DNA of 64,000 nucleotides from contig NC_069003.1 of assembly GCF_001194135.2 (NCBI RefSeq), forward strand, positions 26,629,860 to 26,693,859, in the 5' to 3' direction. The position numbers were made by a program, and so were the translations under genes. Positions within the stretch are counted from its first letter, which is position 1. Each line of letters begins with the position of its first letter. Positions 35,432 through 46,230 of the stretch are shown here, in pieces. This DNA is from Octopus bimaculoides. Its lineage: Eukaryota. The notes below the pieces were generated by a model. That model was not told the origin of the DNA, did not search any database, and saw only the letters and a program-made list of their open reading frames with translations.

Positions 35432-36753
35432 CTGAAACACAACCAAGTGAAGACAATAAAGAAACAGAAGAAGATAAAACAGAGTGATAACGATGATAAC
35501 AATATCAACATCATCATCATCATCATTTAATGTCCACTTTTCATGCTGGCATGGGTTGGACGGTTTGACATGGAGCTGGTCAGACTCCAATTATCTGTTG
35601 TAGCATGGTTTCTATGGTTGGGTGCCCTTCTTAATGCCAACAACTTAGCAGACTGTGCTTGGGTGCTTTTTACGTGCCACCAGCATATATATATTTGTAT
35701 ATATACACACACATATATATATCATTATCACCATCATTTAATGTCCGTTAAATGATGCATATGTATATATGTATGTGTGTGCGTACACACACACATGGTT
35801 TCTACAGTTGGGTGCATTTTACATGCCACCAGCACATATTTACATATATAGACACATATATATCTATCATCATCATCATTTAACATTTGTTAAATGATGC
35901 CTATGTATATACGTATGTGTGTAAGCTGTTCCGTATCAGCTAGGACTTTCGTTTTACATACATACATACATACATACACACACACACATACATACATATA
36001 TATATATACACTGAACCACAAAAGAAATGCAATTTTATCAAATGTCTTTTTTATGTGGTAAATTCCGAAAATTTATTTTGGGGAAGTAAGTGTGAATATT
36101 CCAAGACATTCTGGTTTATGGCTGAGACCCACATTTCAGGTAACCTTTCAACTTACCTTGAAATGAGATGTCAAAACACAGCTGCATTGAATGCCGTGGG
36201 TGGCAGTCGCAGACAATTGTCAGGAAAACCAAAATGCACATGCATCTTGTGGAAGCTATGGGTATAAAAATCAACTTGAACTGCGTTCCTGGCATTCGTA
36301 ATTTGGACGCATCATGTATGAACCGATTGTCAGCAGCACAGAGAGAACAAGCTATTGACCGATTGCAAGCAGGGCAGCATGCCCTGGTTGTTGCGAAAGC
36401 TTACAGTGTCCATGTCAGCGCCGTCTGTCACCTGCAACAGCGATACAACAACACCGACGGCACTGCAGACATATACATATGCTTACGTGTGTGTCTTTGT
36501 GTCAGTGTTTGTCCAGCCACCATTGCTTGACAACCGATGTTGGTATGTTTACATCCCTGTAATTTAGAGGTTTGAGAAAGGAGACTGATAAAATAAGTTC
36601 TAGGCTTATGAAAAATAAGTCCCGGGGCCGATTTCTTCGACTAAACAAACTCTTTAATGTGGTGCTCCAGCATGGCTACAGTAAATTGACTGAAACAAGT
36701 GAAAGAATAAAAGAATAATAAATACAATAAAATAATAGTGATGAAAGCCTTAC

Positions 36754-36892
36754 TGAAGTCACATCCAAATTTAATTCCGGGTTTGGGGATCCATCCTTGG
36801 CTTCTGTAATAATGGTAAGCAATGTATTTGGGAAGAAAGTCAGACCTGTTTTTGTAAAATGTTTTCCACATTTCAGAAATCTTCAATGGATT
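36754..36892 (-). CDS. TSEN2: TSEN2 coding exon 6: NPLKISEMWKTFYKNRSDFLPKYIAYHYYRSQGWIPKPGIKFGCDF
   Basis: Acceptor CTCTTTAG|AAT, donor TTCA|GTAAGG (phase 1); contains the hallmark Y.AYHY.RS.GW.PK.G.K.G.D motif of the Sen2 family. Confidence 0.95.
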
Positions 36893-37744
36893 CTAAAGAG
36901 CAACAGCATTAAAAAAAAAAAGGAGAAATTATTAATATGTAACATAGGCATAGGTGTGGTTATATGGTAAGAACTTAGACCGTATAGATACAACAAAATA
37001 ATTTAGCAGTATTTTCTATAACGGACGTTTTCATGGGAATCTTTGTCGTGTACTCTGTATTAGTTTGGTTCAGTCGTCAAACTGTGGCCATGCTGGGGCA
37101 ACCCCTTGAAGAATTTTAATGATATTGTATACTCTTTTACTTGTTTCAGTCATTTGACTGCGGCCATGCTGGAGCACCGCCTTTAGTCGAGCAAATCGAC
37201 CCCAGGACTTATTCTTTGTAAGCCTAGTACTCATTCTATCAGTCTCTTTTGCCGAACCGCTAAGTTACAGGGACGTAAACACACCACCATCGGTTGTCAA
37301 GCGATGTCGGGGGGGACAAACACAGACACAAAAACACACACAATTATATATACATATACATATATACGACGGGCTTCTCTCAGTTTCCGTCTACCAAATC
37401 CACTCACAAGGCTTTGGTCGGCTTGAGGCTATAGTAGAAGACACTTGCCCAAGGTGCCACNNNNNNNNNNTCGGCTTGAGGCTATAGTAGAAGACACTTG
37501 CCCAAGGTGCCACGCAGTGGGAATGAACCCAGAACCATGTGGTTAGTAAGCAAGCTACTTACCACACAGCCATTCCTGCGCCTATATATGCTATATACGC
37601 CTGTATATGCATTATACATATACAACTGTTGTTATGTGAATCCAACTTCAACCAAGTTGATGAACCTCATACATAAATCATGAAAAAGTGGGAATTAAAA
37701 TATATCTAATCAATGCTATGATTACAGAACAGGTTTATTAATTC

Positions 37745-38073
37745 AGTTCCATATACAAGAGATGAGGAATTATTTACATTATTTACATTTGATGGATATT
37801 TGTCCTCATCTTGTTTGTTGTTAACACAACACGGGCATATGGCGTAGTGGTTAAGAGCGCGGGCTACTAGTTTGATTCCAGGCAGTGACCTGAATACTAA
37901 TAATAATAATGATAATAATAATAATAATAGTAACAACAACATACCTTAGGAATGAGAACCCAGGTTTGAAATTTCCCCAAGACACCTGATGAAGGCTGGA
38001 GGGTATATCAGCCGAAACGTTGTGTTAACAACAAACAAGATGAGGACAAATATCCATCAAATGTAAATAATGT
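37745..38073 (+). mobile_element. tRNA-headed SINE-like element with hammerhead ribozyme and 5' inverted tail (family A), in TSEN2 intron 5, antisense to the gene
   Basis: Inverted tail 37745-37830; tRNA-like head from 37833 (A box TGGCGTAGTGG 37840-37850, B-box-like GTTTGATTCC 37870-37879); (AAT)n linker; hammerhead 37981-38026; tail 38019-38073 is a perfect 55-bp inverted repeat of 37776-37830. Confidence 0.8.
37981..38026 (+). ncRNA. Minimal type I hammerhead ribozyme motif
   Basis: GACAC-CUGAUGA-A-GGCUGG-agggtata-UCAGCC-GAAA-CG-UU|GUGUU. All core nucleotides are present, with an extra A between A9 and G10.1, stem II 6 bp, stem III reduced to the palindrome ACGU, stem I 5 bp (one G.U), and predicted cleavage after 38021 (GUU). 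Confidence 0.7.
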
Positions 38074-38124
38074 TCAGGGTTATTAATTGATTTATAAAAT
38101 AATATAAAATATGGTTTTACTTAC

Positions 38125-38178
38125 ACCTTGATTATCCTTGACAAGTAAACAACCAAGACCATATGTCAGAAAAAATGC
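38125..38178 (-). CDS. TSEN2: TSEN2 coding exon 5: AFFLTYGLGCLLVKDNQG
   Basis: Acceptor TTTCCTTAG|GCA, donor GGT|GTAAGT, 54 nt; matches human AFFLVYALGCLSIY. Confidence 0.93.
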
Positions 38179-38851
38179 CTAAGGAAAGAAACAAAAAAAT
38201 ATATTATTTTATTCCTAAACAACCTTAAAAGCTGCATTCTAGGCAGACTTATAGGATAGCTCCTGCAGAGGGCTAATTGGACCTGTAGCCCAAAACTAAA
38301 CAGGGCTAAATAGCAGGACTATTATACGTCCATAATGACTATTTTCCAGTGGAGTTTGATCAGAGGTTAAGGATGGATGAGAATTAATTCTGTAATGCAA
38401 TCATTCTATTGTTCCAGTCCCAAGTTGAATTTCAACTGTTGGCCAATTTGTCTCAGAGTTCTTATCTCAACATATAATTAACGAAGTGAATGTCATTTAA
38501 TCTCCCCACTTGATCTTTGACATCATCTGAGAAACGCCAAGCGAGATGGCATGAGTCAGCCAAGCTTTACCTGCTAGAAATAGCAACCCAAATGCTTTTA
38601 AATCAGATCCCAATGCTGGATGTTCAAGAACCAAATGAAGGCCAGAACACTCTTTATCATCATCATCATCATCGTTTAACATCTGCTTCGGAGCCCAGCC
38701 AAAATTGCAAAAATAATCTGGAACTCGACTGAAGAAAGAAAACTTCAAATGACCCATCCTTGTTTTCTTTGTATCGTCTGTCTGCATGTTTTGTTGTCCC
38801 TTTTTTGTATGACCTAACTGTCTGGATGTTTTGCGTTCTTGCCCCATTTTG

Positions 38852-38931
<80 letters not shown>

Positions 38932-39501
38932 ACCCTAATTGTGTTTAGCTGCATCACTATCTCCATATATCAACTCACCTGCATTTCTCATATATCCACC
39001 TTTAACCCTGCAGACCTAATCCTCAATAAAGATTTTGGAGTTTAACTCCAAATCATCTGAGCACTTCTAGCTCTCACCTTTTGACTTGCATACATATGTA
39101 TGTATACATACACACATGCATATATATACCTATATATCATCAATCATCCTCATCAACATATAATGTCCATTTTCCATGCTGGCATGGACTGGACAGCTTG
39201 ACAGGAACTTGCAAGGCCAGGGGTCACACCAGGTTCCATATTCTTTTCTGGCTAGGTTACTACAACTAGTGGCCCTTCCTAACACAAACCTGACAACATA
39301 CATCTATCCAAGCATATATTCATGTATAGAGAACCATGTAATTGTCATGCACTATATATATATATATATATGTTACACATAAACACACATGCACACAAAA
39401 CTAACATGTGTTATACATAAATACACATGCTATACACATACAGAGGTAAACTTCACTTAGATAATAGACAATAATAAAGAACAGACTTTTCTCTTGTTTA
39501 C

Positions 39502-39693
39502 CTCTTCATATATAAGTAGAAGAACCTCCCCCATAGAATAAGGGTCTTGTTTCAATGAGGGCAACCATTGGGTGGATCTCCTGGAATTGTCTTCTACAGT
39601 TTCTGACTTCAGTTGACGTTGGTCAACCACAAAAACATTAGCGGCATCTTCATCAATTTTACACAATGGATGTAACGGAATGTTCTTATTTAC
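39502..39693 (-). CDS. TSEN2: TSEN2 coding exon 4: VNKNIPLHPLCKIDED...LKQDPYSMGEVLLLIYEE
   Basis: Acceptor ATTACAG|GTA, donor GAG|GTAAAC, 192 nt, phase 0/0; the end aligns to human RRNPYRIFEYLQLSLEE. Confidence 0.85.
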
Positions 39694-39695
39694 CT

Positions 39696-39739
<44 letters not shown>

Positions 39740-40395
39740 CCTTTCTACTGAAGGCACAAGGCCTTGAAATTTTGGCGGAGGGGACTAGTTGATTACATTG
39801 ACTCCAGTAGTTTACTGGTACTTGATTTATTGACCCTGAAAGGATGAAAGGCAAAGTCGACCTCAGACTTTGCCCTACATCCTTTCAGGGTCGATAAATT
39901 ATAATAATAATAATAATAATAATAGTCCTTTCGACTGGAGGCATAAGGCCTCAAATTTGTGGGGAGGGGACTAGTCAATTACATCGACCCCAATGTTTCA
40001 CTGGTACTTAATTTATCGACTCAGAAAGGATGAAAGGCAAAGTTGACCTCAGTGGAATTTGATTTTAGAACGTAAAGACAGGTGAAATATTGCTAAGCAT
40101 TTCACCTGGCATGCGAACGATTCTGCCAGCTCACTGCCTTTATAAAATAATAATAATCCTTTCTACCATAGGCAAAAGGCCTGAAATTTAACAACCTGTT
40201 CTCCATCATCTACATAATCATCATTTAACACCTGTTTTCCATGCTGGCATGGGTTGAACTACATTGTATATAAAACATGAAAGGAAGTGGGTAAGATTTG
40301 AACTGTTAACCCCACATAGACGAGAGAACACTGCCACTCTGTAAACCACTCAGCTGTTACATACCTCTCTCAATGCTAAAGGTATTTCCACTCAC

Positions 40396-40609
40396 TTGGG
40401 ACAACGGTTTGGTGCCTTTGGAATATTCTGTAATGGTTTCATCTGTTTTAGCTCCAACAGACGACTCAGTTGGTTCTTCAGGCACAACTTTATATTCAGC
40501 ATCATCAATACCAGTACCATCATTATCAGGATCATCATCATCTTCATCATCCGATATAGACAAGTCATCATTTGATACACATTTTTTCCATTTGAGGTGA
40601 GTAAAATAT
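40396..40609 (-). CDS. TSEN2: TSEN2 coding exon 3 (acidic variable region): RYFTHLKWKKCVSNDDLSISDDEDDDD...PLSQ
   Basis: Acceptor CATCTAG|A completes the phase-2 codon of exon 2 (R-YFTHLKW vs human KRYQHSVEW). The frame-preserving donor is CAA|GTGAGT at 40396/40395. Confidence 0.8.
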
Positions 40610-41657
40610 CTAGATGAGTAAGAAATAGATTAAATATTTGATTGAGTTTGTAAATATGTCATCTGGCTTGTAAATATATAATAGTGTGTATGTGTGTACA
40701 CCAATTTATCTATCTACCTACCTACCAACCATGGAGGCGCAATGGCCCAGTGGTTAGGGCAGCGGACTCGCGGTTTCGATTCCCAGACCGGGCGTTGTGA
40801 GTGTCTATTGAGNNNNNNNNNNNNNNNNNNNNNNNNNNNNNNNNNNNNNNNNNNNNNNNNNNNNNNNNNNNNNNNNNNNNNNNNNNNNNNNNNNNNNNNN
40901 NNNNNNNNNNNNNNNNNNNNNNNNNNNNNNNNNNNNNNNNNNNNNNNNNNNNNNNNNNNNNNNNNNNNNNNNNNNNNNNNNNNNNNNNNNNNNNNNNNNN
41001 NNNNNNNNNNNNNNNNNNNNNNNNNNNNNNNNNNNNNNNNNNNNNNNNNNNNNNNNNNNNNNNNNNNNNNNNNNNNNNNNNNNNNNNNNNNNNNNNNNNN
41101 NNNNNNNNNNNNNNNNNNNNNNNNNNNNNNNNNNNNNNNNNNNNNNNNNNNNNNNNNNNNNNNNNNNNNNNNNNNNNNNNNNNNNNNNNNNNNNNNNNNN
41201 NNNNNNNNNNNNNNNNNNNNNNNNNNNNNNNNNNNNNNNNNNNNNNNNNNNNNNNNNNNNNNNNNNNNNNNNNNNNNNNNNNNNNNNNNNNNNNNNNNNN
41301 NNNNNNNNNNNNNNNNNNNNNNNNNNNNNNNNNNNNNNNNNNNNNNNNNNNNNNNNNNNNNNNNNNNNNNNNNNNNNNNNNNNNNNNNNNNNNNNNNNNN
41401 NNNNNNNNNNNNNNNNNNNNNNNNNNNNNNNNNNNNNNNNNNNNNNNNNNNNNNNNNNNNNNNNNNNNNNNNNNNNNNNNNNNNNNNNNNNNNNNNNNNN
41501 NNNNNNNNNNNNNNNNNNNNNNNNNNNNNNNNNNNNNNNNNNNNNNNNNNNNNNNNNNNNNNNNNNNNNNNNNNNNNNNNNNNNNNNNNNNNNNNNNNNN
41601 NNNNNNNNNNNATATATATATGTATAGGGGAAAGATAATAATAACTTTAGCCCTTAC

Positions 41658-41776
41658 CTACTGAGTTTCATAATCTTGAGTTGGATCAATTCATTGTTCT
41701 TTGGAATATCAATTACTGGTTGAAGATTTTGAAACTCAGGCAAACTCCGAGACAATGAACCTTTTCCAAAACATCC
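41658..41776 (-). CDS. TSEN2: TSEN2 coding exon 2: GCFGKGSLSRSLPEF...IMKLS
   Basis: Acceptor ACATTTCAG|GGA, donor AG|GTAAGG (phase 2); carries the Sen2 N-terminal G.FGKG.LSRS.P motif. Confidence 0.92.
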
Positions 41777-41952
41777 CTGAAATGTACAATATTGATTAGC
41801 TAAATTTTTTATTAATGATGTATCTTCAAGCATGGGAAATATTACCTTACTAGAAAACAAATAATGGTTGGTGACAAGAAGGGCATCTGGCCATAGAAAA
41901 TTTGCCACAACAAATTCAGCCTGACCCATGCATGTGTAGAAAAGTGGCACTA

Positions 41953-42330
41953 ACACCAGTACTTTTTATGTGGTACCAGCACCAGTGCTTTTTATGTAGT
42001 ACCATCACCAGTGATTTTTATGTAGTACCAGTACTAGTGATTTTTATGTGGTACCATCACCAGTGCTTTTTATGTGGTGCCATCACCAGTGCTTTTTATG
42101 TGGTACCAGCACCAGTGCATTTTTATATGGTACCAGCACCAGTACTTTTTATGTGGTACCAGCACCAGTGTTTTTTATGTGGTACCAGCACCAGTACTTT
42201 TTATGTGGTACCAGTACCAGTGCTTTTTATGTGGAACCAGCACCAGTGCACTTTATATGGTACCAGCACCAGTGCTTTTTATGTGGTACCAGCACCAATA
42301 CATTTTATGTGGTACCAGCATCAGTACTTT
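41953..42330. repeat. 26-bp minisatellite (about 14 copies) in TSEN2 intron 1
   Basis: Consensus GTGGTACCAGCACCAGTGCTTTTTAT repeated head-to-tail with point variants and no spacers. Confidence 0.92.
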
Positions 42331-42627
42331 TAAAGATGAATTTCAGTATCAACACCATTATAAAGTGTTCATGATGGCAAGGGCAGGGTTGACTTCACAT
42401 TATAGGCCCCTGGGCAAAACAATGCACTGGAGCTCCTAGATATACATAACAACAGCATATTTAGATTAGCATTGGAGACCTTAGACTAGTGGCGTCATGG
42501 GACAACTGCTGAATATACTCATAAATTAATCTGACACTAGGTGGGGTGAGATGGGGGTATTCTGGTGATGCATAATGACCATAGTGTTCATGATGATGAT
42601 AACACATCAGAAGTTCAATCTACTAAC

Positions 42628-42807
42628 CTTTGTATATAAATCATAGGCATCCCCAGAATATTCCACAACCACATGATTGCCCCGAAGTTTCCCACTGTAG
42701 GAACTCATCTTCATGGATTTATGAGCAGATGGTGTAAAACTGTGCACCGTTTTTTGCCATTTCTTCTTCCTTGGAACAGGTACCTTTATTGCCATTGTCT
42801 GGGACAT
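42628..42807 (-). CDS. TSEN2: TSEN2 coding exon 1: MSQTMAIKVPVPRKKKWQK...GNHVVVEYSGDAYDLYTK
   Basis: ATG at 42807 is preceded by a pyrimidine tract and TAG (acceptor of an upstream non-coding exon); donor AAG|GTTAGT. Aligns to human APKRKRR...INNNVIVRNAEDIEQLYGK. The joined exons give a 408-aa ORF. Confidence 0.88.
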
Positions 42808-43134
42808 TCTAATGATAAGAGAAAATAAAAAGAGAAAGATCTTTTATTAAACACTAGCTTAAAAGATGCACTCCATGCAGATTTTCAGTTCGCTCCTGTG
42901 GAGGGCTAAATGGGCTTGCAGCCCAAAACTAAACAGAGCTATAATACGTCTATAATGACTATATGCCCCATAGGCACAGGAGTGGCTGTGTGGTAAGTAG
43001 CTTGCTTACCAACTACATGGTTCCGGGTTCAGTCCCACTGTGTGGCATCTTGGGCAAGTGTCTTCTACTATAGCCTCGGGCCGACCAAAGCCTTGTGAGT
43101 GGATTTGGTAGACGGAAACTGAAAGAAGACCGTC

Positions 43135-43170
<36 letters not shown>

Positions 43171-43688
43171 TTGTGTGTCTGTGTTTGTTCCCCTAGCATT
43201 GCTTGACAACCGATGCTGGTGTGTTTATGTCCCGTCACTTAGAGGTTCGGCAAAACAGACCGATAGAATAAGTACTAGGTTTACAAAGAATAAGTCCCGG
43301 GGTCGATTGATTTGCTCGACTAAAGGTGGTGCTCCAGCATGGCCGCAGTCAAATGACTGAAACAAGTAAAAGAGTAATGTCGAACCGTGTAGTTTTAAAG
43401 CTATGACAGAATTCGAATGCAAATGGCCAGAAAAGAAACCGTAAAGCACCCGACCAGACGTTCTTATAATTCTGCCATTCCACCCGCATTGATACATTTT
43501 ATCGACCCCGAAGGATGTAAAAGCAAGGTTGATTATGGGGCTGTTTTAACTTAGAACGCAGTTATAATCCATTCTGCTATGGGCACAAAGCCTGAAATTT
43601 GGGGGAGCAAGATAGTCGATTACATCGACCTCAGTACTCAACTGGTACTTATTTTATCGACCCCGAAAGGATGAAAGGCAAAATCGAC

Positions 43689-43855
43689 GGTAGTTTTTCA
43701 GATTAACACCCGCACGATCTTCACTGGGGTGTTACGGTCAGGGTTAGGGTTAGTGTTTAGGGTTAGGGTTAGGGTTAAGGACGGAATTCCGTAACCCAAA
43801 TCCTAACCCTAACACCCTAGTGAAGATCGTGCGCGTGTTAATCTGAAAAATTACC
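43689..43855. mobile_element. hAT-like MITE with internal telomeric (TTAGGG)n repeats, inserted into a SINE
   Basis: TIRs GGTAGTTTTTCAGATTAACACCCGCACGATCTTCACT / AGTGAAGATCGTGCGCGTGTTAATCTGAAAAATTACC; 8-bp target duplication AAATCGAC (43681-43688) / AAGTCGAC (43856-43863). Confidence 0.8.
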
Positions 43856-44392
43856 AAGTCGACCTCAGCGGAATAGAACGCAGTTATAAAATCATTATGA
43901 AATTAATAAAGTTGATAAGTACATATGTCTCCATTAGTTACTTATTTAAAACAAATATTTACGTGTTAATTAAATAATTTGCATCACAACAGAGTAATGT
44001 TCATAAAAACACAACAAAATAATAATAAAAATTGACGAAACATAAACAAAGGAGAACCTGGCAGTTTTGTGTTTTGAAACTGATTCTCTCCCACGTGTTT
44101 CTGATTATGTGTGTTGTCCCAGGAAACTAACGGATTTTCGTGTCAGCAAAACATAGTAAAAAATGCATAAACTACTACTGGTCGATTCGATGTATTGTGA
44201 ACAGAAACGAGTTCTGGGATTCAAATTAGGATTTTTTTGAGAAATTGTACAGAATCTTCCTTGAGAACGTTTCTGCTTATCACCGTTTACAAGCAGAGCA
44301 ACTTGAAATGAACGGGAAATATTTTCGTATAACTTTAATTAAGCAGTTTTACTTTTTAATCAAACTTTTCTTGTTTGTTTCAGAAATGGAAA

Positions 44393-44428
<36 letters not shown>

Positions 44429-45569
44429 CATTATTCAGGAAATAAAGATATGAATCGAAAGGTATTTCTAATTAAAAATTCGCAGTATATTCTTTTAAAT
44501 TTTTTCCTTAAAAAATGCTATAATTATGATAAAGAAAAGCAAGGAGGAAAAATATATTGATTGATAACTAAGAAACATTTTCAGCAGTTTTCTTCCATTA
44601 TTATTAACTTTCTTGCATTAATTAATAAAAAATTCGAAACTAAATATGGTCATATTAGACTTTCTCATTAATTATAAAACATTGTACATCTGTTCACTGA
44701 TTTTCTGACTATTTCTTTGTCAAGTTCTGTGTAAGTTATTTACTCAGGAGGTTTAATACGAACGAAACTTATGCGAAGTTGTCTTTCGCGCTTGGCTGTA
44801 AAAAGCACTAGTCATTGACTAATGTTTATTTTGTCTCTTTACATAAATATATCTACTCCATCCGTTGATGTAATATACATTAAACATGCTAGTACTAATT
44901 CTCTCCACCCTATCTATCTATCTATCTAGCCAATAACGTCCAAGAGCGACCTCACACACGCACGCACACACACACACAGCACACATACATACACAGCACG
45001 AAATGTTAGCAATGGCTTCGAAGTTTGGCATGGGCTGGTTTCGTTAGACAATTTCACCAAGTCGCTCCACTGTGAAACTTCTTAGTAATATGCTATCGCC
45101 TGACCGTCATGTTTTGGAGAATTTCCATTGGTCAAAAAGTCAGTTTCCTGCCAACACTCACCGCAAAAGGGTATCGGGATACCGTGACTGCTGATAAAGG
45201 TACATACTGAGGTCAAGACTGATATATCTGCACAGATTGTTTGATGATTACCACAGTGAAACAGATTTGCTTATCATCCATGTAATACGCTTTTCTGCAG
45301 CTCGTCTATTTCGTTGGGCTGCAGTCGTGGGTCATCCGCAGATCGAGGTCAAGGATGTGGTATTTGGAATTTTGGGATGCTGCTTGATTCTCGCAGCGTA
45401 TTAACTACCAGCTCGGACCGTGTAGTCGTGGAAAGTCTAACCATCGCATTCTATACAGCGTTACAGAAAAGTATGACAAACAATTTTAGAGTGTCAAGGA
45501 CAATCGGAATAGTTTCCCGGCTGGAGATTATGGGTCATTCCAAATTAGTGGTCTTAGAGAGGTCATCAT

Positions 45570-46230
45570 ACGAAAAGTCGACCAGGTCCACTTGTGTTCT
45601 CCATCGATAGAGGTCCCGGGCTAGCCCCTTGGCATCTTCCAAATTGATGTCGAGCCTTTGGAGGTATTTCCCAAACACGTCCAGCCATCTGGTTCGGGAC
45701 CTGCCACAAGTCTTTTCCAACCCACAACTGCTGCGTCAAATGAGAGTATGTTCTAGCAGGAGGCGAATGACATGTTTGTACCAGCGCATTCGACGGATAG
45801 CTACGAGGTGGCAGGCTGCAGACTGATGCGTGTGCGCATGCAGTTCTTTACCGGAAACGCGATGGTACCATCCGATGTTCTCGATGGCTCTCAGGGCTCA
45901 GCTATCGAGGCCGTCGATCCTCTTTGCCAGGTTCTTCGAGAGGGGCCACGTTTCGGCTCCATAGAAGAGAATAGAGAGGACAGATGCGTTGTTGATGCGG
46001 AGCTTCGTCCTCCGGGGGATAGAACAGTGGCGCCAGAGGAGTTTCCATAGGGAGTACATGACCCCAGCGGCCAGACCAAGTAAAATAAGCATCAAAGGGG
46101 TCCAACAGGGTCAACTGTTCTCGAGGTTTGGCTATTTTGGAGCCTTTCGGCAACTGAATCTGTTCACAATAAGAGGAAGACGAAATTCCCTGGCGATGGA
46201 CTCGTTTCATATTCGTGCATTGCTGATCAG
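45570..46230 (-). mobile_element. Decayed RTE-clade LINE, 3' coding region
   Basis: Minus-strand pieces KLRINNASVLSILFYGAETWPL...RRMRWYKHVIRL...GRSRTRWLDVF...AKGLARDLYRWR, typical of RTE C-termini; contains stops and frameshifts. Confidence 0.85.

Noticed and set aside
37423-37508. Apparent tandem duplications flanking short N gaps (also 50735-50870, 52890-53585, 57075-57160, 60068-60470)
   Set aside because: Identical sequence on both sides of a gap is the signature of unmerged contig overlaps, so these are assembly artefacts and not biological duplications.
41902-42439. CRISPR-like array, or repetitive Cys/Trp/His-rich ORFs
   Set aside because: The units are head-to-tail with no unique spacers, the context is eukaryotic, and all three frames are open simply because the 26-bp unit lacks stops; it is an intronic minisatellite antisense to TSEN2.
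45225-45300. Possible C/D-box snoRNA (TGATGA motif)
   Set aside because: The C box is imperfect, and there is no properly placed CTGA D box or terminal stem.
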